A stretch of DNA of 64,000 bases from an uncultured Candidatus Rokubacteria bacterium (GCA_963826115.1 CAWGVS010000005.1:672001-736000), one strand, 5' to 3'; shown: positions 50,278 to 60,131, numbered from the stretch's first letter. Notes: generated by a model not told the origin, from the sequence alone. Numbers and translations are program-made.

Positions 50278-51067
50278 CGTGACCGACACCACGACCGCCG
50301 CTCCCGACGTCGCCACGCCGCCGCCGTCGCCCCTGACGGTGCACCTCGAGGAGTTCGAGGGCCCCCTCGACCTTCTCCTGCACCTGGCGCGGACGAACGA
50401 GATCGATCTCGCGCGGCTGCCCATCCGGCAGATCACGGACCAATACCTGGCGTACCTCGAGTCGGTCGAGTTCCGCGACCTGGACGACGCGGGCGCCTTC
50501 CTCGTCCTGGCCGCGACCCTCGTCTACCTGAAGTCGCGCCTCCTGCTGCCGCCGTCGGAGACCGCGGAGGAGGGTCTGGAGGAGGACGCGGAGGTTCTGC
50601 GGCTGGAGCTCGAGGCTCGGCTCCGCGCCTACGCGCGGGTGAAGGAGCTCGGCGTCTGGCTCCGCGAGCGCGAGACCGAGTGGAGCACGCGCTTCATGCG
50701 GACCTGGAGCGAGCTGCCGGCTCCCGAGTACGTGCCGATCGAGAGCCTGTCGCTCTGGGATCTCACCCAGGCGTACCGGGCATTCCTGACCCGGCTCGCG
50801 CAGGCCGAGCCGACCCGCGAGGTCCAGCCGGAGGGACCGCCCCTCCTCGAACGCATGGAGATGATCACGAGTGTGCTGGAGCAGTCCTGGTACGTGCTGT
50901 TCTCCGCGCTTCTCGGGGTCTCGCCGCCCCGGCCGGAGGTGGTGGTGACGCTGCTCGCGGTGCTCGAGCTCGTGCGGCTCCAGCGCGCGCGGGCGCAGCA
51001 GCGGGAGCTGTTCGGGGACATCGTCATCGAGCGTGGGTCCGGGGAGGCGACCGTCCGTGGCGCCTGA
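50270..51067 (+). CDS. scpA: Segregation and condensation protein A
   Basis: FEGPLDLLLHL, LKSRLLLP, VTLLAVLEL, Q.ELFGDI. Confidence 0.93.
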   Translation: MPSVTDTTTAAPDVATPPPSPLTVHLEEFEGPLDLLLHLARTNEIDLARLPIRQITDQYLAYLESVEFRDLDDAGAFLVLAATLVYLKSRLLLPPSETAEEGLEEDAEVLRLELEARLRAYARVKELGVWLRERETEWSTRFMRTWSELPAPEYVPIESLSLWDLTQAYRAFLTRLAQAEPTREVQPEGPPLLERMEMITSVLEQSWYVLFSALLGVSPPRPEVVVTLLAVLELVRLQRARAQQRELFGDIVIERGSGEATVRGA

Positions 51068-51083
51068 GGCCGGGGGATCGGCG

Positions 51084-51743
51084 ATGTCCGACGTGGTGAC
51101 CCCCGGGCTCGTGGGCCAGGTGGAGGCGCTCCTCTTCGCCTCCGACGTCCCGCTTCCCTACGAGCGGATCGCCGAGGTCCTGGAGATCTCGCCGCTCGAC
51201 GCCCGCGCGGCCGTCCAGGCGCTTCGGGTGGCTTGCGACGAGCCCGGTCGCGGACTCGCGGTGGCCGAGGTCGGTGGGGGCGTGCGCCTCGTCACGCGGC
51301 CGGAGCACGCGCCCGTGCTCGTGAGCCTGCAGCGGCTCCGGCTGAAGAGCCGGCTGTCGCGGGCCGCAGTGGAGACCCTCACCATCATCGCCTATCGCCA
51401 GCCGATCTCGCGCCCCGAGATCGAGCAGCTCCGCGGCGTCGGGAGTGACAGCGTGGTCACGCACCTGCTCGAGCGCCGCCTCATCCGGATCGTGGGCCGA
51501 AAGGAGACCCCCGGGCGGCCGGTGCTCTACGGGACGACCCGCGAGTTCCTCGAGCACTTCGGCCTCCGGGACCTCGAGGAGCTTCCGCCCTTCGAGTCTC
51601 CCGGCGACGCGGCCGTCGAGGCGGGGGCGGGGACCGACGCGGCGGCGACCGTCGAGGAGCGCGCCGCGGACGACGCGGCCCCCGGGGACGACGCCGGTCC
51701 CGACGAAGTCGGCGAGGAGCGCGAGCGCCCGACGCCCGCCTGA
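51084..51743 (+). CDS. scpB: Segregation and condensation protein B
   Basis: VEALLFAS, LSRAAVETL.IIAYRQP, RGV, PGRP.LYGTT..FL..FGL. Confidence 0.95.
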   Translation: MSDVVTPGLVGQVEALLFASDVPLPYERIAEVLEISPLDARAAVQALRVACDEPGRGLAVAEVGGGVRLVTRPEHAPVLVSLQRLRLKSRLSRAAVETLTIIAYRQPISRPEIEQLRGVGSDSVVTHLLERRLIRIVGRKETPGRPVLYGTTREFLEHFGLRDLEELPPFESPGDAAVEAGAGTDAAATVEERAADDAAPGDDAGPDEVGEERERPTPA

Positions 51744-51749
51744 CGGGCC

Positions 51750-52499
51750 ATGCCTCCGGTCCGGCTCCACAAGCTCCTGGCCGAAGCAGGCGTCGCGTCG
51801 CGGCGGGCCGCGGAGCGGCTCATTGCGGCGGGCCGCGTGAAGGTCAACGGCCTGCCGGTGGTGGAGGCGGGCGCCCACGCCGATCCCGATCAGGACGCGA
51901 TCGAGGTCGACGGCCGGCCGCTTCCGCGGGCGGAGCCCAAGCGCTACGTCCTCCTCCACAAGCCTCGCGGATACCTCACCACGCGCGAGGACCCCCGCGG
52001 CCGGCCCCGCGTGTTCGACCTGGTCCCGGAGCCGGGCGTCCGCCTCCACTCGGTCGGCCGGCTCGACTTCGACGCGGAGGGGCTCCTCCTCCTGACCAAC
52101 GACGGCACGCTGACGTTCCACCTCACGCACCCCAGCCACGGCGTCCGGCGCGTCTACCACGTCCTGGTCGAGGGGCGCCTCGAGCCGGACACGCTCCGAG
52201 CGCTGGAGCACGGGGTCGTGCTGGAGGACGGGCCGGCGCGCGTCGACCGGGCGCGGCGGCTCCGGGACGGCGGAAGCGGCCTCCGCTGGATCGAGCTCGC
52301 CCTGTCCGAGGGGCGCTACCGGGAGGTCAAGCGGCTCTGCCGCGCGGTGGGCCTGGTCGTGCACCGCCTCCGCCGCGTCGCCTTCGGCCCGCTCGAGCTG
52401 GGAGAGCTCCCGCTGGGGCAGTGGAGGGAGCTGACGCGCGCCGAGGTGGAGCGCCTGGCGCGGTCCGGCTCCGGGCCGGCCGGGCGGCCGCAGGGCTAG
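51750..52499 (+). CDS. rluB: rRNA pseudouridine synthase (RluB/RsuA family)
   Basis: S4 domain RLHKLLAEAGVASRR, VGRLD, GLLLLTNDG, EGRYREV. Confidence 0.9.
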   Translation: MPPVRLHKLLAEAGVASRRAAERLIAAGRVKVNGLPVVEAGAHADPDQDAIEVDGRPLPRAEPKRYVLLHKPRGYLTTREDPRGRPRVFDLVPEPGVRLHSVGRLDFDAEGLLLLTNDGTLTFHLTHPSHGVRRVYHVLVEGRLEPDTLRALEHGVVLEDGPARVDRARRLRDGGSGLRWIELALSEGRYREVKRLCRAVGLVVHRLRRVAFGPLELGELPLGQWRELTRAEVERLARSGSGPAGRPQG

Positions 52500-52555
52500 G
52501 GGCCCGGAGCCGGCCCCGGGAGGGCCCGCGAGGGCTGTCCCCGCAGGGGGCTTGC

Positions 52556-52584
52556 TTGCGCCCCGGCCACCGCTGCCATATACT
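52556..52584 (+). promoter_or_regulatory. sigma70 promoter for the pheA operon
   Basis: TTGCGC (52556-61)-N17-TATACT (52579-84). Confidence 0.7.
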
Positions 52585-52620
52585 ATGCGGGCTTTTCTAC
52601 GCCCCCCTCCTGGAGATCTG

Positions 52621-53685
52621 ATGGGTTTGGACGAATGGCGAACAAAGATCGATGAGATCGACCGCCAGCTCCTCCGGTTACTCAACCAGCGCGCCGAGCT
52701 ATCCCTCGAGATCGGCCGGGTCAAGCGCCAGTCCGGGGAGCCGATCCACGTTCCCGAGCGCGAGCAGGGGATCCTCGACGAGCTCGTTCGCCTGAATCCC
52801 GGACCGCTGCCGCCGGGAGCCATCCGCTCGGTCTGGTCCGAGGTCCTGTCCGCATCGCGATCCCTCCAGCGGCCGTTCCGCGCGGCCTACCTCGGCCCCC
52901 AGGGGACCTACACCCACATGGCGGCGCTCCGTCACTTCGGATCGAGCGCGGAGCTGGTCCCGGCGCGCGGCATTCCCGACGTGTTCGAGGAAGTGGAGCG
53001 CGAGCGGGCCGACGTCGGGATCGTGCCCATCGAGAACTCGAGCGAGGGCGTGGTGAACCACACGCTCGACGGGCTGATCGATTCCGAGCTCCTGGTCTCC
53101 GGGGAAGCGTCGCTCGAGATCCACCACCAGCTCCTCTCGCGGGCCGCCGACCTCGGCGACGTGAAGCGCGTGTTCTCCCACCCCCAGGCGCTCGGCCAGT
53201 GCCGCGGCTGGCTCGCCCGGCACCTGCCGGACGCCGAGATCGTGGAGACCGCGTCGACGTCGATCGCGGCCGAGCAGGCGGCGCTCGACGCCGCCACGGC
53301 AGCGGTGGCGAGCGAGCTCGCCGGCCAGCTCTACCGGGTGCCGACGCTCCGCGAGCGCATCGAGGACTACGCCAACAACGTGACTCGGTTCGTCGTGATC
53401 GGCCGGCGACCCGCGGGGCGGACGGGACGCGACAAGACCTCGATTCTCTTCTCGATCCAGGACGAGGTCGGGACGCTCCACCGGATCCTGGAGCCGTTCG
53501 CGAGCGCGCGCCTGAGCCTGACCAAGATCGAGTCGCGGCCGACGCGGCGGCGGCCGTGGGAGTACGTCTTCTTCGTCGACTTCGAGGGCCACCGGGACGA
53601 TCCGGTCACGCAGGGCGTGCTGGCGGCGGTCCGGGAGCGCTGCCTCTTCCTCAAGGTGCTGGGCTCCTACCCGGTGCTGAAGTGA
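52621..53685 (+). CDS. pheA: Chorismate mutase / prephenate dehydratase (P-protein)
   Basis: RTKIDEID, YLGPQGTYT, PIENSSEG, SHPQAL.QC, NVTRF, KIESRP, LGSYP; GGAG RBS. Confidence 0.97.
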   Translation: MGLDEWRTKIDEIDRQLLRLLNQRAELSLEIGRVKRQSGEPIHVPEREQGILDELVRLNPGPLPPGAIRSVWSEVLSASRSLQRPFRAAYLGPQGTYTHMAALRHFGSSAELVPARGIPDVFEEVERERADVGIVPIENSSEGVVNHTLDGLIDSELLVSGEASLEIHHQLLSRAADLGDVKRVFSHPQALGQCRGWLARHLPDAEIVETASTSIAAEQAALDAATAAVASELAGQLYRVPTLRERIEDYANNVTRFVVIGRRPAGRTGRDKTSILFSIQDEVGTLHRILEPFASARLSLTKIESRPTRRRPWEYVFFVDFEGHRDDPVTQGVLAAVRERCLFLKVLGSYPVLK

Positions 53686-53695
53686 GGCGCCACGC

Positions 53696-53824
53696 TTGAG
53701 CGTCGCCTGCATCGCGTTCGTGAACCGCATCCGTCACCCCTTCAACGTGAACACGCTCGCCCCGGTCGCGGCCCTGGCCGCCCTCGGCGACGAGGCGCTC
53801 GAGAAGGGGGCCACGCGCTCGTGA
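53696..53824 (+). pseudogene. hisC: Histidinol-phosphate aminotransferase relic (42 codons)
   Basis: Translates as LSVACIAFVNRIRHPFNVNTLAPVAALAALGDEALEKGATRS*, matching the HisC motif NR.R.PFNV..LAQ.AA.AAL.D, at the usual pheA-hisC-tyrA position. Confidence 0.8.
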
Positions 53825-54672
53825 GCGCCCCTCGCTGGTCGCGCGTGACGGTGGTGAGCCCGGGCCTCATCGGCGGCTCGGTGGCCCGCGGGCTCCGGAC
53901 GCGCGGCCTGGCCCGGGAGGTGGTCGTCGTCGCCCGGCATGCCGCCGCCGTCCGGGCGGTGCTCGACGCGGGGGCGGCGGACGTGGGGACCACCGACCTC
54001 GTCGCCGGGGTTGCGGGCGCGAGCCTGGTCGTCCTGTGCGCCCCGGTGGGCGCCCTGCCGGGGCAGATCCGCGCCGCCTGGCCACACCTCATGCCGAGCG
54101 CCGTCCTGACCGACGCGGGCAGCGTCAAGCGGAGCGTGGTCGACGCCGCGCGCGCGTGTCCGGCCCGGGCCGGCGTCCACTTCGTGGGCGCGCATCCGAT
54201 GGCCGGCTCCGAGCGCTCGGGCTTCGAGGCCTCGGATGCGGACCTCTTCGACGGACGGGTCGCGCTGGTGACGCCGACCGCCGACACACCGGAGAGTGCC
54301 GTCCAGGCGGTGATCGCTCTCTGGGAGGGGCTCGGCAGCACCGTGCGCCGGCTGTCCCCCGACGTCCACGACCACCTGGTCGCGCAGATCAGCCACCTGC
54401 CGCACCTCGCCGCCTACGCTCTCGTGGCCGGCGCCGAGGCGGATGCCCTCCCGCTCTCCGGCCGGGGTTTCGTGGACACGACGCGCGTCGCGGCCTCGGC
54501 CGAGGCGCTGTGGACGGACATCTTCCGCGAGAATCGCGCGCCGCTCCTCGCCGCCCTCGGCCGGTACGAGGCGATCCTCGGCCGGTGGCGGGAGCTCGTG
54601 GCGACGGGCGACTGGGCGACCCTCGAGGCGGAGCTCGGCCGCGCCCGCGAGGTGCGGGAGAAGCTCTCGTGA
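53821..54672 (+). CDS. tyrA: Prephenate/arogenate dehydrogenase
   Basis: GLIGGS, TDAGSVK, HPMAGSE.SG, HD...A.ISHLPH, DTTRVA, W.DIF..N. Confidence 0.92.
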   Translation: MSAPRWSRVTVVSPGLIGGSVARGLRTRGLAREVVVVARHAAAVRAVLDAGAADVGTTDLVAGVAGASLVVLCAPVGALPGQIRAAWPHLMPSAVLTDAGSVKRSVVDAARACPARAGVHFVGAHPMAGSERSGFEASDADLFDGRVALVTPTADTPESAVQAVIALWEGLGSTVRRLSPDVHDHLVAQISHLPHLAAYALVAGAEADALPLSGRGFVDTTRVAASAEALWTDIFRENRAPLLAALGRYEAILGRWRELVATGDWATLEAELGRAREVREKLS

Positions 54673-55994
54673 ACGCCGTGGTCCGTCCGGCCCGCCGCAT
54701 CGCCGGCACGGTGACCGTGCCCGGCGACAAGTCCGTCTCGCACCGCGCGGCGCTCCTCGGGGCGCTCGCCGACGGCCTCACGGAGGTGCAGGGGTTCCTC
54801 GAGGGCGAGGATTGCCTCGGGACCCTCCGGGCCGTGGCCGCGCTCGGGGCGGAGGTGGCGCGGAAGGGGCCCGGCCACTTCGTGATCCAGGGGGTCGGGC
54901 TCGACGGGATGACGGAGCCCGGCGACGTCGTCGACTGCGGCAACTCCGGCACCACCGCGCGGCTCCTGGTGGGTGTCCTGGCGGGCCAGCCCTTCGCGAC
55001 GGTCCTCACCGGCGACGAGTCGCTGCGCCGCCGGCCGATGGACCGCGTCATGGAGCCGCTCACCCGGATGGGCGCTCGCGTCGTCGGCCGGCGTGGCGGG
55101 GCCCGACTCCCGCTCGCGATCGCGGGCGCGCGCCCGCTCCGGCCCATCCGTCACGTGTCGCCCGTGGCGAGCGCCCAGGTGAAGTCCGCGGTCCTCCTGG
55201 CCGGGCTGTCCGCGTCCGGCGCCGTGAGCGTGGTCGAGCCGGCCCGGAGCCGCGACCACACGGAGCGCATGCTGACGGCGTTCGGCGGCGAGGTCCACGT
55301 GGACGGCCAGACGGTGACCGTCGTTCCCGGCCGCCGGCTTTCGGGGCACCTCTGCCGGGTGCCGGGCGACATCTCCTCGGCCGCGTTCTTCCTGGTGGCG
55401 GGCGCCGCGGGGCGGGACGCGGACGTGACGGTCCGCGGGGTGGGCGTGAACCCGACGCGCACCGGGGCCCTCGACGTCCTCGAGGCGATGGGGACGCGGG
55501 TCGACGTCGCGCCGCGCGAGGGCCACGGCGAGCCGATCGCCGACCTCCGGGTCCGCTCGGCGGCGCTCCGGGGTGCGGAGGTGGGCGGCGCGCTCGTGCC
55601 GCGGGCGATCGACGAGATGCCGATCCTGGCCGTGGCCGCCGCGTGCGCCGAGGGCCCGACCCTGGTCCGCGACGCGGCCGAGCTCAGGGTGAAGGAGTCG
55701 GACCGCATCCGCGCCCTCGCCTCCGAGCTCGGCAAGATGGGCGTCGCGATCGAGGAGCGGCCCGACGGCTTCCGCGTGCCGGGGCGGACCGCGGGGTCCG
55801 CCGCGCCGTTCCGCGGGGCGCGCGTCTCGAGCTGGGGGGACCACCGTCTCGCGATGGCGCTCGTGGTGGCGGGCCTCATGGCGGACGGGCCGACCGTCGT
55901 CGAGAACATCGACTGTATCGCCACGTCCTACCCGGACTTCGTCGCGACATGCCGCGCGCTGGCCGGCGCGGACGCGGTCGAGGTGGTCGCGTGA
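54669..55994 (+). CDS. aroA: EPSP synthase (class II)
   Basis: PGDKSVSHR, GNSGTT, RRPM, SAQVKS, RDHTE, NPTR, ELRVKESDR, DHR.AM. Confidence 0.97.
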   Translation: MNAVVRPARRIAGTVTVPGDKSVSHRAALLGALADGLTEVQGFLEGEDCLGTLRAVAALGAEVARKGPGHFVIQGVGLDGMTEPGDVVDCGNSGTTARLLVGVLAGQPFATVLTGDESLRRRPMDRVMEPLTRMGARVVGRRGGARLPLAIAGARPLRPIRHVSPVASAQVKSAVLLAGLSASGAVSVVEPARSRDHTERMLTAFGGEVHVDGQTVTVVPGRRLSGHLCRVPGDISSAAFFLVAGAAGRDADVTVRGVGVNPTRTGALDVLEAMGTRVDVAPREGHGEPIADLRVRSAALRGAEVGGALVPRAIDEMPILAVAAACAEGPTLVRDAAELRVKESDRIRALASELGKMGVAIEERPDGFRVPGRTAGSAAPFRGARVSSWGDHRLAMALVVAGLMADGPTVVENIDCIATSYPDFVATCRALAGADAVEVVA

Positions 55995-56662
55995 CGCTCT
56001 GCGAGCGCGCGGGCGACCGGGGCCGGAGCGTCGTCGTGACGATCGACGGGCCGGCGGGCGCCGGCAAGAGCACCGTGGCCCGCCGGCTGGCCGAGCGGCT
56101 CGGCTTCGCCTACGTCAACAGCGGCGCCATCTACCGGGCGATCGCGTGGCGCGTGTCCCAGGGCGAGCCCGTCGACCGCATCTTGCCGAGCCTCAGCGTG
56201 GATCCGGGCGGCCGCGTCCTCGTCGACGGCCAGGACGTCACCGAGCTCCTCTACATGCCGGCGGTGAGCGAGCGGGCGGCCGCGCTGTCCCAGCGCCCGG
56301 ACGTGCGCGCGTTCGCGGACGGCCTCCAGCGGAAGGCCGCCGCGCGGGGACCGGTGATCGTCGAGGGCCGGGACGCGGGGACGGTGGTCTTCCCGGACGC
56401 CGAGTGCAAGTTCTATCTCGACGCCTCGCACGACGCGCGCGCCCGGCGCCGCTTCGCGGAGCAGCCGGGAGGCGCGGCCGGGAACCTCGAGACGATCCGC
56501 GCCGCCATCGCGGCGCGAGACGACACGGACCGGACGCGGCCCGTCGCCCGGCTCGAGCGGAGCGCGGATGCCACGTACGTCGACTCGAGCGACATGACGG
56601 TGGACGAGGTGGTGGACCTGATGGCGAAGGAGGTCGAGCGGGCTTGCTCTACGCGTGCCTGA
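55991..56662 (+). CDS. cmk: Cytidylate kinase
   Basis: TIDGPAGAGKST, GAIYRA, EGRD.GTVVFPDA, RD..D..R. Confidence 0.95.
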   Translation: MTLCERAGDRGRSVVVTIDGPAGAGKSTVARRLAERLGFAYVNSGAIYRAIAWRVSQGEPVDRILPSLSVDPGGRVLVDGQDVTELLYMPAVSERAAALSQRPDVRAFADGLQRKAAARGPVIVEGRDAGTVVFPDAECKFYLDASHDARARRRFAEQPGGAAGNLETIRAAIAARDDTDRTRPVARLERSADATYVDSSDMTVDEVVDLMAKEVERACSTRA

Positions 56663-57324
56663 AGCCGACCATCCGCGCCATCGGCCGCGTCTGGTTCCGT
56701 CTCTCGGTGAGCGGCGCGGAGCGGGTTCCGCGGGAGGGCCCGGTGCTCCTGGCCTCGAACCACCTGAGCGTGCTCGATCCGGCGCTGATCGGCTCCGTCA
56801 TGCCGCGCGAGCTCGACTACTTGGCGAAGACCGAGCTGTTCCAGATCCCCGGTTTCGGCGGGCTGATCCGCCGGCTGAATGCCCACCCGGTGGACCGCAC
56901 GGGATCGGATTCGGCCGCCCTGCGCCTGGCGCTCCGGCTGCTCCAGGGGGGGCGCGCGGTCCTGGTGTTCCCGGAGGGGACGCGCGGCACCGAGGGAAAG
57001 CTCCAGGAGGCCCGGGCGGGTACCGGGATGCTGGCGACGCTCTCCGGCGCGCCCGTGGTGCCGGTCTACGTCCAGGGCTCGGGGCGCGCCCTGCCGCGCG
57101 GCGCGGCGATGCCGCGTCCGGTCCGGGTGAGCGTCACGGTCGGCGCGCCGCTCCGGTTCGGCCGAGAGCGCGGGCGCGCGCGGTACCAGGAGATCAGCGA
57201 CGAGATCATGGCGGCGATCGGCCGCCTGAAGGCGGAGACCGAGCGGGGACACACCGCCGTCCCCGAGAGTGCACGTACGGATCGCACGACCCCGGGGCGA
57301 GCCCCGGCCGGTCGAATTCACTAA
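56644..57324 (+). CDS. plsC: 1-acyl-sn-glycerol-3-phosphate acyltransferase
   Basis: SNHLSVLD (HX4D), FPEGTR; TTG start after AAGGAGG. Confidence 0.92.
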   Translation: MLYACLKPTIRAIGRVWFRLSVSGAERVPREGPVLLASNHLSVLDPALIGSVMPRELDYLAKTELFQIPGFGGLIRRLNAHPVDRTGSDSAALRLALRLLQGGRAVLVFPEGTRGTEGKLQEARAGTGMLATLSGAPVVPVYVQGSGRALPRGAAMPRPVRVSVTVGAPLRFGRERGRARYQEISDEIMAAIGRLKAETERGHTAVPESARTDRTTPGRAPAGRIH

Positions 57325-57341
57325 ACGGAGGAACAACAGGA

Positions 57342-59156
57342 ATGGACCAGTTCACACGGAATCCCGGCGCCCACGCTACGGGGCGGCACGGCGGGGGGGC
57401 CGGGACCGGAGCATCCCCGTGGGAGGTTGGGGAAGGCCCGATGGCGTCGACGAACCGGAGAGTGCTGGCGGCCCGGCCCATCGCGGGTGGCAGCGCTCCC
57501 GAGGCGCAGGACGAGATCGAGGACATGTACCAGCAGAGTCTCCAGGACCTCCAGGAAGGCGAGGTGGTCAAGGGGACCATCATCGGCCTGACGAGCAGCG
57601 AGGTGCTGGTCGACGTCGGCTACAAGAGCGAGGGGACGATCCCGATCGACGAGTTCCACCGGAGCGGCATCACCCCCGAGATGGGCATGGAGATCGAGGT
57701 CTACCTCGAGGCCAAGGAAGACTCCGAGGGCCTCATCGTCCTCTCCAAGGAGAAGGCCGACAAGATCAAGGTCTGGGACGTCATCACGCGCGCCTACGAG
57801 AAGGGCGCGCCGGTCGACGGCAAGGTCGTGGAGGTCGTCAAGGGCGGCCTGGCGGTCGACGTCGGCGTGAAGGCGTTCCTGCCCGGCTCCCAGGTCGACC
57901 TGCGGCCGGTCAAGAACCTCAACTCCATGATCGGCCAGCACATCAAGGCGCGCGTGATCAAGTTCAACCGGCGGCGGGGCAACGTCGTGCTCTCGCGCCG
58001 GGTCGTCCTGGAAGAGGAGCGCGAGGAGAAGCGGAAGCATACGCTGGCGGTCATCCACGAGGGCATGGTCACCAGCGGCGTCGTGAAGAACATCACCGAC
58101 TACGGCGCGTTCATCGACCTGGGCGGCGTCGACGGCCTGCTCCACATCACCGACATGTCCTGGGGCCGCATCAGCCATCCCTCGGAGCTCGTGCAGGTGG
58201 GGGACAAGCTCGACGTGGTCGTCCTTCACTTCGACAAGGAATCCGGGCGCGTCTCCCTCGGACACAAGCAGAAGGGACCCGACCCCTGGGAGTCGGTCGC
58301 CGAGCGCTTCTCGGTCGGCAGCCGCCATCAGGGCAAGGTGGTGAGCCTCACGAACTACGGCGCCTTCATCGAGCTCGATCGCGGCATCGAGGGCCTGGTC
58401 CACGTGTCGGAGATGTCGTGGACCCGGCGCGTTCGCCATCCGTCCAAGCTCGTCAACGTCGGCGACGACGTCGAGGTGATGGTCCTGGCGGTCGACAAGG
58501 GCCAGAAGCGCATCTCGCTCGGCATGAAGCAGGTCGAGTCCGACCCCTGGGACTCGATCGAGGAGCGCTTCCGACCCGGCGTCAAGGTGCAGGGGAAGGT
58601 GCGGAACCTCACCGACTTCGGGGCGTTCGTGGAGCTCGAGCCGGGCATCGACGGCCTCCTCCACATCTCGGACATGACGTGGGCCCGCAACGTCGCGCAC
58701 CCCTCCGAGCTCCTCAAGAAGGGGCAGCCGATCGAGACGGTCATCCTCCACGTCGACAAGGAGAACAAGCGGATCTCGCTGGGCCTGAAGCAGCTCCAGC
58801 GCGACCCGTGGGAGGACGTCACCCGGAAGTTCCCGGTGGGGTCCAACGTCAAGGGGAAGGTCGTGAGGCTCACGGAGTTCGGCGCCTTCGTCGAGCTCGA
58901 GGCGGGCGTCGACGGCCTGCTCCACATCTCCCAGATGTCGGCCCGGCCGGTGGCGGCGCCCCAGGACGTGGTGCAGCTCGGCGACGAGCTGACGGTGAAG
59001 GTGATCCGGATCGAGCCCAACGAACGGCGCATCGGGCTGTCGCTCAGGGATCTCGCGGCCGACATCCCGGTACTGGAGGAAGAGGATCACCGGGGTCGCC
59101 GCGGTCGTGGGAAGCGCGATCGCGACCGGTACGGGGACGGCGACGACGACGAGTAA
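57342..59156 (+). CDS. rpsA: 30S ribosomal protein S1
   Basis: Six S1 repeats (VDVGYKSEG; AFLPGS; YGAFIDLGGVDGLLH...). Alternative ATG at 57441. Confidence 0.97.
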   Translation: MDQFTRNPGAHATGRHGGGAGTGASPWEVGEGPMASTNRRVLAARPIAGGSAPEAQDEIEDMYQQSLQDLQEGEVVKGTIIGLTSSEVLVDVGYKSEGTIPIDEFHRSGITPEMGMEIEVYLEAKEDSEGLIVLSKEKADKIKVWDVITRAYEKGAPVDGKVVEVVKGGLAVDVGVKAFLPGSQVDLRPVKNLNSMIGQHIKARVIKFNRRRGNVVLSRRVVLEEEREEKRKHTLAVIHEGMVTSGVVKNITDYGAFIDLGGVDGLLHITDMSWGRISHPSELVQVGDKLDVVVLHFDKESGRVSLGHKQKGPDPWESVAERFSVGSRHQGKVVSLTNYGAFIELDRGIEGLVHVSEMSWTRRVRHPSKLVNVGDDVEVMVLAVDKGQKRISLGMKQVESDPWDSIEERFRPGVKVQGKVRNLTDFGAFVELEPGIDGLLHISDMTWARNVAHPSELLKKGQPIETVILHVDKENKRISLGLKQLQRDPWEDVTRKFPVGSNVKGKVVRLTEFGAFVELEAGVDGLLHISQMSARPVAAPQDVVQLGDELTVKVIRIEPNERRIGLSLRDLAADIPVLEEEDHRGRRGRGKRDRDRYGDGDDDE

Positions 59157-59177
59157 TTCACGGCAGAAGGGATTGCC

Positions 59178-60098
59178 ATGAGTGGACGGCTGGCCAGGGC
59201 GCTCGGCATCACGGTGCTCGTCTTCGCCGGCTGCTTCGCGGTGGTTCTGGGGGCCCTCGTCTTCGGCGAGCCCGGTGTCCCGTCACTCGGCGGGAACCGG
59301 GTCGCGCTCGTCGAGGTCGAGGGCCTGATCGTCGACGCCGACCGGGTGGTGCGCGAGCTCCACGACTACGGCGAGGATCCCTCGATCCGCGCCATCGTCG
59401 TGCGCATCCAGAGCCCGGGCGGCGTGGTGGGACCGACGCAGGAGATCTACGACGCCATCCTGCGCATCCGCAACCAGGGCAAGCCCGTCGTCGCGTCCAT
59501 GGGATCGGTCGCGGCGTCGGGCGGCTACTACCTCGCGGCGGCCGCGACCCGCATCGTCGCGAACCCTGGCACGCTGACGGGCTCGATTGGCGTGATCATG
59601 CAGCTCGCCGAGATCGAGGGGCTCCTCAAGAAGGTCGGGATCCGCTACGAGGTCATCAAGGCCGGGCGCCTCAAGGACAGCGCCTCGTTCGCCCGGCCGA
59701 TGACCCCGGAGGAGCGGGCGGTCCTCCAGGCGGTGCTCGACGACATGCACGACCAGTTCATCACGGCCATTGCCGAGGGACGCCGCCTCGCGAAGGACCG
59801 GGTCCGGACGCTCGCCGACGGGCGGGTGTACTCGGGCCGGATGGCGAAGGACCTCGGTCTGGTCGACGCCCTGGGTGGCTTCGACGAGGCCGTCCGGCTG
59901 GCCGGCGAGCTGGCCGGAATCCCCGGCAAGCCACGCCTCGTGCGGCCCCGCCGCGCCTGGCGCCTGGGGGACCTGGTCGACCTGGCAGGTGGGCAGAGCG
60001 CCGTCACGTGGCTCCGGTCCGTCGGCTGGCCCGGCCAGGCCCTGCCGGCGCTCCCGATCCTCGGGTCGCCGAAGCTCCCGCTCTACCTCCTGGACTGA
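59178..60098 (+). CDS. sppA: Signal peptide peptidase SppA (short form)
   Basis: SPGG, AASGGYY, TGSIGV, DGRVYSG, GLVD.LG. Confidence 0.94.
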   Translation: MSGRLARALGITVLVFAGCFAVVLGALVFGEPGVPSLGGNRVALVEVEGLIVDADRVVRELHDYGEDPSIRAIVVRIQSPGGVVGPTQEIYDAILRIRNQGKPVVASMGSVAASGGYYLAAAATRIVANPGTLTGSIGVIMQLAEIEGLLKKVGIRYEVIKAGRLKDSASFARPMTPEERAVLQAVLDDMHDQFITAIAEGRRLAKDRVRTLADGRVYSGRMAKDLGLVDALGGFDEAVRLAGELAGIPGKPRLVRPRRAWRLGDLVDLAGGQSAVTWLRSVGWPGQALPALPILGSPKLPLYLLD

Positions 60099-60131
60099 CC
60101 GGTTGGGATCCCCGGCCTGGAACCTCGCGGC

